DNA of 64,000 nucleotides from a virus: IMG/VR virus record IMGVR_UViG_3300042691_028354, positions 22,493 to 86,492 of that record; one strand, 5' to 3'. Shown piece by piece: positions 60,264 to 64,000 of this stretch (position 1 is its first letter; each line of letters starts with the position of its first letter). The notes under the pieces were generated by a model. It saw only the letters and a program-made list of their open reading frames with translations, ran no database searches and was not told where the DNA came from. The position numbers and the translations under genes were made by a program.

Positions 60264-61588
60264 TCTTCGGGTCCTTGTTCTCGGGAGGAGGCGGCGGCGA
60301 TCACGGGCTGATGCGCGCTGGCATGACGCCGGCCTTCGGTTGCGAGATCGACCCCAAAGCACGAGCGGTGCTTCGCCGCAATCACCCCGGCATTCACATC
60401 TATCACGACGTACGCGAGGTAACCCGTGACCGACTCATTGCAGATGGAATCACTCTTCCTCGACTCATCTTCGGAGGAAGCCCCTGCCAAGACCTCTCCG
60501 TGGCTGGCAAGCGTGCTGGGTTGGCTGGAGAGCGAAGTGGACTCTTCCACGAACAGTGCCGAATCGCCGACGAGTGCGGAGCCGATTGGGTCATTTGGGA
60601 AAATGTCGTTGGCGCTTTCTCCTCCAACAAAGGTGAAGACTTCGCTGTCGTTCTCGGCGGACTCACAGGACATGTCCCCACTGTTCCCAGTAAGGGATGG
60701 CGAAGTGCCGGTATCTGCGTCGGACCCAAGCGCGTCGCCGTATGGCGGGTGCTTGACGCTCAAGCTTTCGGAGTTCCCCAGCGACGCCGTCGAGTCTTCG
60801 TTGTCGCAGGTCCTCGAGCCGTGGCACGACGACTTGTTGAACTTCTGTTTGAGTCCGAAAGCGGCGGCGGGAATCTTGCGACGCTCAAAGAAGCGCGGCC
60901 GATCACTACCGGAGCCACTCAATGGCGCGCTGCAACATCTAGCACGGGAACACCCACCGATCTAGTTCAGTGCCTTACGACAAAGGGCGGCAATCGGCTC
61001 AATGTCTACGAGGAGTCCTACATCCTTGAGGCTCGCGGCACCAACATGCCCACGACTGAAGTGGTCGGCACACTTGCTCCTGGTGCTCACGGCGCTGGAC
61101 CGAAATCGGTCAACGGGCAGGACGCATACAGCGGACAACTGATCCCTGTGCAGTTGGCTGTGCAAAGCGCCGTCGATGTCGCTGAGAACCAACGAAACGA
61201 AGTGCGCTTCTCAAGTGTCGCATCGTGTGTCTCTCAAGGCGGGGGCCGTCCCGGTCAAGGTCGCAACGTCGTCATGTACGACCAGCCCGAGCAATCCGCA
61301 CCAGTGGGTTCTTTCACCGCCGACGGTTCCAACATTGTCGTAAGGCGTCTGACTCCACTCGAGTGTGAACGACTGATGGGTTGGCCCGATCGCTGGACCG
61401 CCGAAGGCATTGACGACGACGGAAACAACATCACCATCCCAGCAACGCAGCGTTATCGCATCTGCGGAAACGGCATTGTCGCCAACGTCACCGAGTGGCT
61501 TGGCGCGCGCCTGGAACGTCTTACGTCCGACCATCAACCACCAACACAAACGGAGATGACATCTGAAAACAAAAAGGACTGCACATGA
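60260..61588 (+). CDS. DNA (cytosine-5) methyltransferase, main chain
   Basis: Motifs I FSGGGG, IV GSPCQ, VI ENV, VIII PQRRRR, IX RRLTPLECERL, X GNG. Confidence 0.95.
   Translation: MIFGSLFSGGGGGDHGLMRAGMTPAFGCEIDPKARAVLRRNHPGIHIYHDVREVTRDRLIADGITLPRLIFGGSPCQDLSVAGKRAGLAGERSGLFHEQCRIADECGADWVIWENVVGAFSSNKGEDFAVVLGGLTGHVPTVPSKGWRSAGICVGPKRVAVWRVLDAQAFGVPQRRRRVFVVAGPRAVARRLVELLFESESGGGNLATLKEARPITTGATQWRAATSSTGTPTDLVQCLTTKGGNRLNVYEESYILEARGTNMPTTEVVGTLAPGAHGAGPKSVNGQDAYSGQLIPVQLAVQSAVDVAENQRNEVRFSSVASCVSQGGGRPGQGRNVVMYDQPEQSAPVGSFTADGSNIVVRRLTPLECERLMGWPDRWTAEGIDDDGNNITIPATQRYRICGNGIVANVTEWLGARLERLTSDHQPPTQTEMTSENKKDCT
60426..60965 (+). CDS. Overprinted +1-frame protein resembling the M.EcoHK31I beta subunit
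   Basis: 179-aa ORF wholly inside the MTase; GAGG before GTG; C-term SSLSQVLE...LSPKAAAGILRRSKKRGRSLP. Confidence 0.7.
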   Translation: MTDSLQMESLFLDSSSEEAPAKTSPWLASVLGWLESEVDSSTNSAESPTSAEPIGSFGKMSLALSPPTKVKTSLSFSADSQDMSPLFPVRDGEVPVSASDPSASPYGGCLTLKLSEFPSDAVESSLSQVLEPWHDDLLNFCLSPKAAAGILRRSKKRGRSLPEPLNGALQHLAREHPPI

Positions 61589-62100
61589 ATCGCACTATTG
61601 GCTTCATCAGTTTGGCCGGCTTCTTGGCGTCGATTCCGTTCGCCAACTGGTGGCTCAATGAGAATGGTTTCTGGGATGCGCCACTACTCGGCCCCATCCC
61701 ATCGGCTCTTTGGGTCGTTGCTATCAGTTTCGTCCTGCGTGACATCACGCAGATCACCATCGGCAAGGAATGGGCGTGGTCGGCGATTCTTGTCGGCGCT
61801 CTACTCTCGTGGTGGCTTGCATCTCCAGCTCTTGCCGTTGCATCTGGCGTCGCATTCCTAATCTCGGAATCAATCGATGCAGCGATCTTCACCCCACTTG
61901 CGAACCGAGGACGCTTTCTCCTCGGAGTGACAATCTCCGGCTACGTCGCCGGGTTCGTCGACTCGGCAGTATTCCTTCAGATCGCCTTCGGCTCCACCAG
62001 TGGTTGGTGGCAGTTGGGAGTGGCGAAGGCCATTGTCGTGATGGCGGCAACGCCGGTCGCTTTGGTGGTGCGTCGTGGTCTACTACGGCAATCCGTGTAG
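61585..62100 (+). CDS. yhhQ: VUT/YhhQ-family (queuosine precursor) transporter
   Basis: ANW, SFVLRD, AVASGVAFLISESIDAAIF, VDSAVFLQIAFG. Confidence 0.85.
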   Translation: MNRTIGFISLAGFLASIPFANWWLNENGFWDAPLLGPIPSALWVVAISFVLRDITQITIGKEWAWSAILVGALLSWWLASPALAVASGVAFLISESIDAAIFTPLANRGRFLLGVTISGYVAGFVDSAVFLQIAFGSTSGWWQLGVAKAIVVMAATPVALVVRRGLLRQSV

Positions 62101-62773
62101 CGAAGAAGTACGCGCCGCTATGCGAGCCGGTCTGATCGGATACATCGACACCCCGAAGCAAGGGAACAAGCGCGAGCCAGAGCTTGATTGGATCGCCGAC
62201 AACGGTTGCTTCTCAAGTGCTTGGAACGACAAGCAATGGTGGTCATGGATCTCGACTCAGCCGAAGACCATGCGCTTTGCCACTGCACCTGACGTTGTCT
62301 CCGATTGGCAGGCGACTCTTGAGCGGTTCGAGTTCTGGCAACCAGTCATGGCCGAGATAGATCTGCCTATCGCTTGTGTTGCTCAGGATGGCGCCGAAGT
62401 CGATGAGATCCCGTGGGACCGCATCGCTGCTGTCTTCATTGGCGGCTCGACTGAGTGGAAGTTGAGCAAGCACTCAGAAGCCATCATCGCCGAGGCGAAC
62501 AGGCGCAAGACCTGGGCGCACGTCGGTCGCGTGAACAGTCTCAAGAGGATGCGTTGGGCCAAGCAATGCGGAGCCGACTCTGTCGACGGAACGATGCTCA
62601 CTTTCGCCCCCAGCAAGCGTCTTCCTCAACTCCTGCGGTGGCTTCAGATCATCCACCAAGAGGAGACCTTGTGGCCCAACGGCATCACCGCCGGCCATGA
62701 GTCCCAATCTTCCCCTCACCCGATAACAAACATGAACGGATCGAGCGATGCCTGCTATCACTCAAATCGGTAA
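62075..62773 (+). CDS. TGT/DpdA-like (deazaguanine transglycosylase-like) protein
   Basis: WIADNGCF, PDVV, VAQDG, FIGGSTEWK, HVGRVNS, GADSVDGT; adjacent to YhhQ. Confidence 0.6.
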   Translation: MVYYGNPCSEEVRAAMRAGLIGYIDTPKQGNKREPELDWIADNGCFSSAWNDKQWWSWISTQPKTMRFATAPDVVSDWQATLERFEFWQPVMAEIDLPIACVAQDGAEVDEIPWDRIAAVFIGGSTEWKLSKHSEAIIAEANRRKTWAHVGRVNSLKRMRWAKQCGADSVDGTMLTFAPSKRLPQLLRWLQIIHQEETLWPNGITAGHESQSSPHPITNMNGSSDACYHSNR

Positions 62774-62945
62774 GACCTCTTTGCCTGACCCAGAGTCCTG
62801 GCCAATAGAGGTCCGTAGCAACGATGGTGAGACCGTTATCGGCTCACTGGTCAATGACGGCAAGGGAAGCACGACCCTTCAGTACGCCGCCGGCCAGTTG
62901 CCCCATCAGACCTACCCACTCAAGAAGAAGCACAGGGCCAACTGA
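62748..62945 (+). CDS. Hypothetical protein
   Basis: 65 aa, TGATG-coupled to the next ORF. Confidence 0.5.
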   Translation: MPAITQIGKTSLPDPESWPIEVRSNDGETVIGSLVNDGKGSTTLQYAAGQLPHQTYPLKKKHRAN

Positions 62946-63235
62946 TGGACCCGTGCGTCTGCTCAGACAGCCCATACAGCCCGACCATCCAGAAGGACGA
63001 AGCCACCGGCCGACTCCTTCTCGGTGTGCCGGAAGGGTGTGAGATCTGCCCGATCTCGATGGAGGCCCTCGCGGCCATCGTCGCCATGGTCAACGAGGTC
63101 ACTCCCCTCGAAGGTCAGATCGCCATTGTTCTGCCGACCCTTGTGGCTGCCCGGCTCCGTGACGGAGTGGCGACCACTGATGACTTCCTCGTTGTCGAAG
63201 GCGCATGCGGTGAAGCACTGGGGAGTGAGCGATGA
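62945..63235 (+). CDS. Hypothetical protein
   Basis: 96 aa, coupled overlaps on both sides. Confidence 0.6.
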   Translation: MDPCVCSDSPYSPTIQKDEATGRLLLGVPEGCEICPISMEALAAIVAMVNEVTPLEGQIAIVLPTLVAARLRDGVATTDDFLVVEGACGEALGSER

Positions 63236-63414
63236 CCACCTCACTTGAGAGCCGAATGCTCTCAACCCAAACCCACTACGCCCAAGAGGACACTCAGAGC
63301 CTGATAGTCACCGCCGAGTGCGGATGCCGTGAGTGGCCCGTCGTTCTCGGTGGCCAACTCGGTCGCTGCGGACTGTGCCAAGAGCGGGCAATCGTCAAGA
63401 GGGCCGAGCGATGA
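63232..63414 (+). CDS. Small Cys-containing hypothetical protein
   Basis: CGC...CGLC; ATGA overlap. Confidence 0.55.
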   Translation: MTTSLESRMLSTQTHYAQEDTQSLIVTAECGCREWPVVLGGQLGRCGLCQERAIVKRAER

Positions 63415-63451
63415 GTGACCGAACCCGACCCAGGGCAACGGAGGCCTAGCA

Positions 63452-63805
63452 ATGACCGATACGACGCCGGCCGAGAGAGTCGCAGTGATGGAGGAACTCA
63501 CCGAGATGGTGGAGTTGATCTCCGGCGACCTCAAATACGTGCAGGGTCTACTCGAGGACCTCATCGCACTGGGGGAAACCACCACACCGATAGGGGACGG
63601 GCGGCTACTTCCCTCCACGTTGGCGAGCCTCGGACTGTCCGAATCTCCTAGGGGAGAGAACAACACCGAGAGAGCAAACACTGGGGGAGAAGAGAACCCC
63701 TCTGGGCCGAGTCACAGGCACGGCCAAATACCGACCTCACGGCCCAAGCATCCGTGGGCACAGGCTAGAAACCGCCTGTGGGGACACCGATGGGGCCATT
63801 CATGA
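63452..63805 (+). CDS. Hypothetical protein
   Basis: GGAGG RBS; ATGA overlap with whiB. Confidence 0.6.
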   Translation: MTDTTPAERVAVMEELTEMVELISGDLKYVQGLLEDLIALGETTTPIGDGRLLPSTLASLGLSESPRGENNTERANTGGEENPSGPSHRHGQIPTSRPKHPWAQARNRLWGHRWGHS

Positions 63806-64000
63806 CCGGCGCGCCCGAGAACGGTTCATTGCCGGATAAGGGTGCTATGCCACCATCACAGGATGCGTGGAAGGCATCGGCTAGATGCAGTGGGGTAACG
63901 CACATGATGTTCCCCGCAGGGCATAAGGACATCACCTACATCACACCGGCACGGGAGATCTGTGCGCAATGTCCGGTGACGACCGAGTTCTTGGACTATG
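63802..64000 (+). CDS. whiB: WhiB-family transcription factor (partial, runs off window; absent from track)
   Basis: Hand translation: AWKASARCSG..HMMFP...AREICAQCPVTTEFLDY. Confidence 0.8.
   Translation, partial: MTGAPENGSLPDKGAMPPSQDAWKASARCSGVTHMMFPAGHKDITYITPAREICAQCPVTTEFLDY

Overview
The whole window is part of a GC-rich tailed-phage genome (contractile tail, myovirus-like), almost certainly infecting an Actinomycetota host: there is a WhiB-like gene at the right edge and several probable leaderless -10 promoters. No host housekeeping genes, rRNA, tRNA, CRISPR array or integrase are visible. From left to right: (1) 1-12572, minus strand, a greatly expanded head module with a portal-MuF fusion, a ~1575-aa HK97-type prohead protease fused to a HipA/PI3K-like kinase domain, and three large mosaic proteins, two of which share a 22-aa CPPG motif; no major capsid gene is recognisable. 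(2) Divergently from it, terL followed by recombination and modification genes (Rad52/Sak, PD-(D/E)XK exonuclease, glycosyltransferase, HNH, RuvC, ParB, IbrA/IbrB-like). (3) Neck, sheath, tube, frameshifted chaperone, tape measure, baseplate and several fibre genes. (4) A collagen-like fibre followed directly by a prolyl-hydroxylase-like 2OG-Fe(II) oxygenase and a GT2-TPR glycosyltransferase. (5) An accessory and DNA-modification region with a PAPS-reductase-like gene, a metallophosphoesterase, a C5 methyltransferase containing an overprinted EcoHK31I-beta-like gene, a YhhQ/VUT transporter next to a TGT/DpdA-like gene, and WhiB. The best candidates for undescribed biology are a protease-processed, capsid-delivered effector system in the head module and a phage-encoded collagen modification cassette. 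All functional calls come from motif recognition by eye; no database searches were run.
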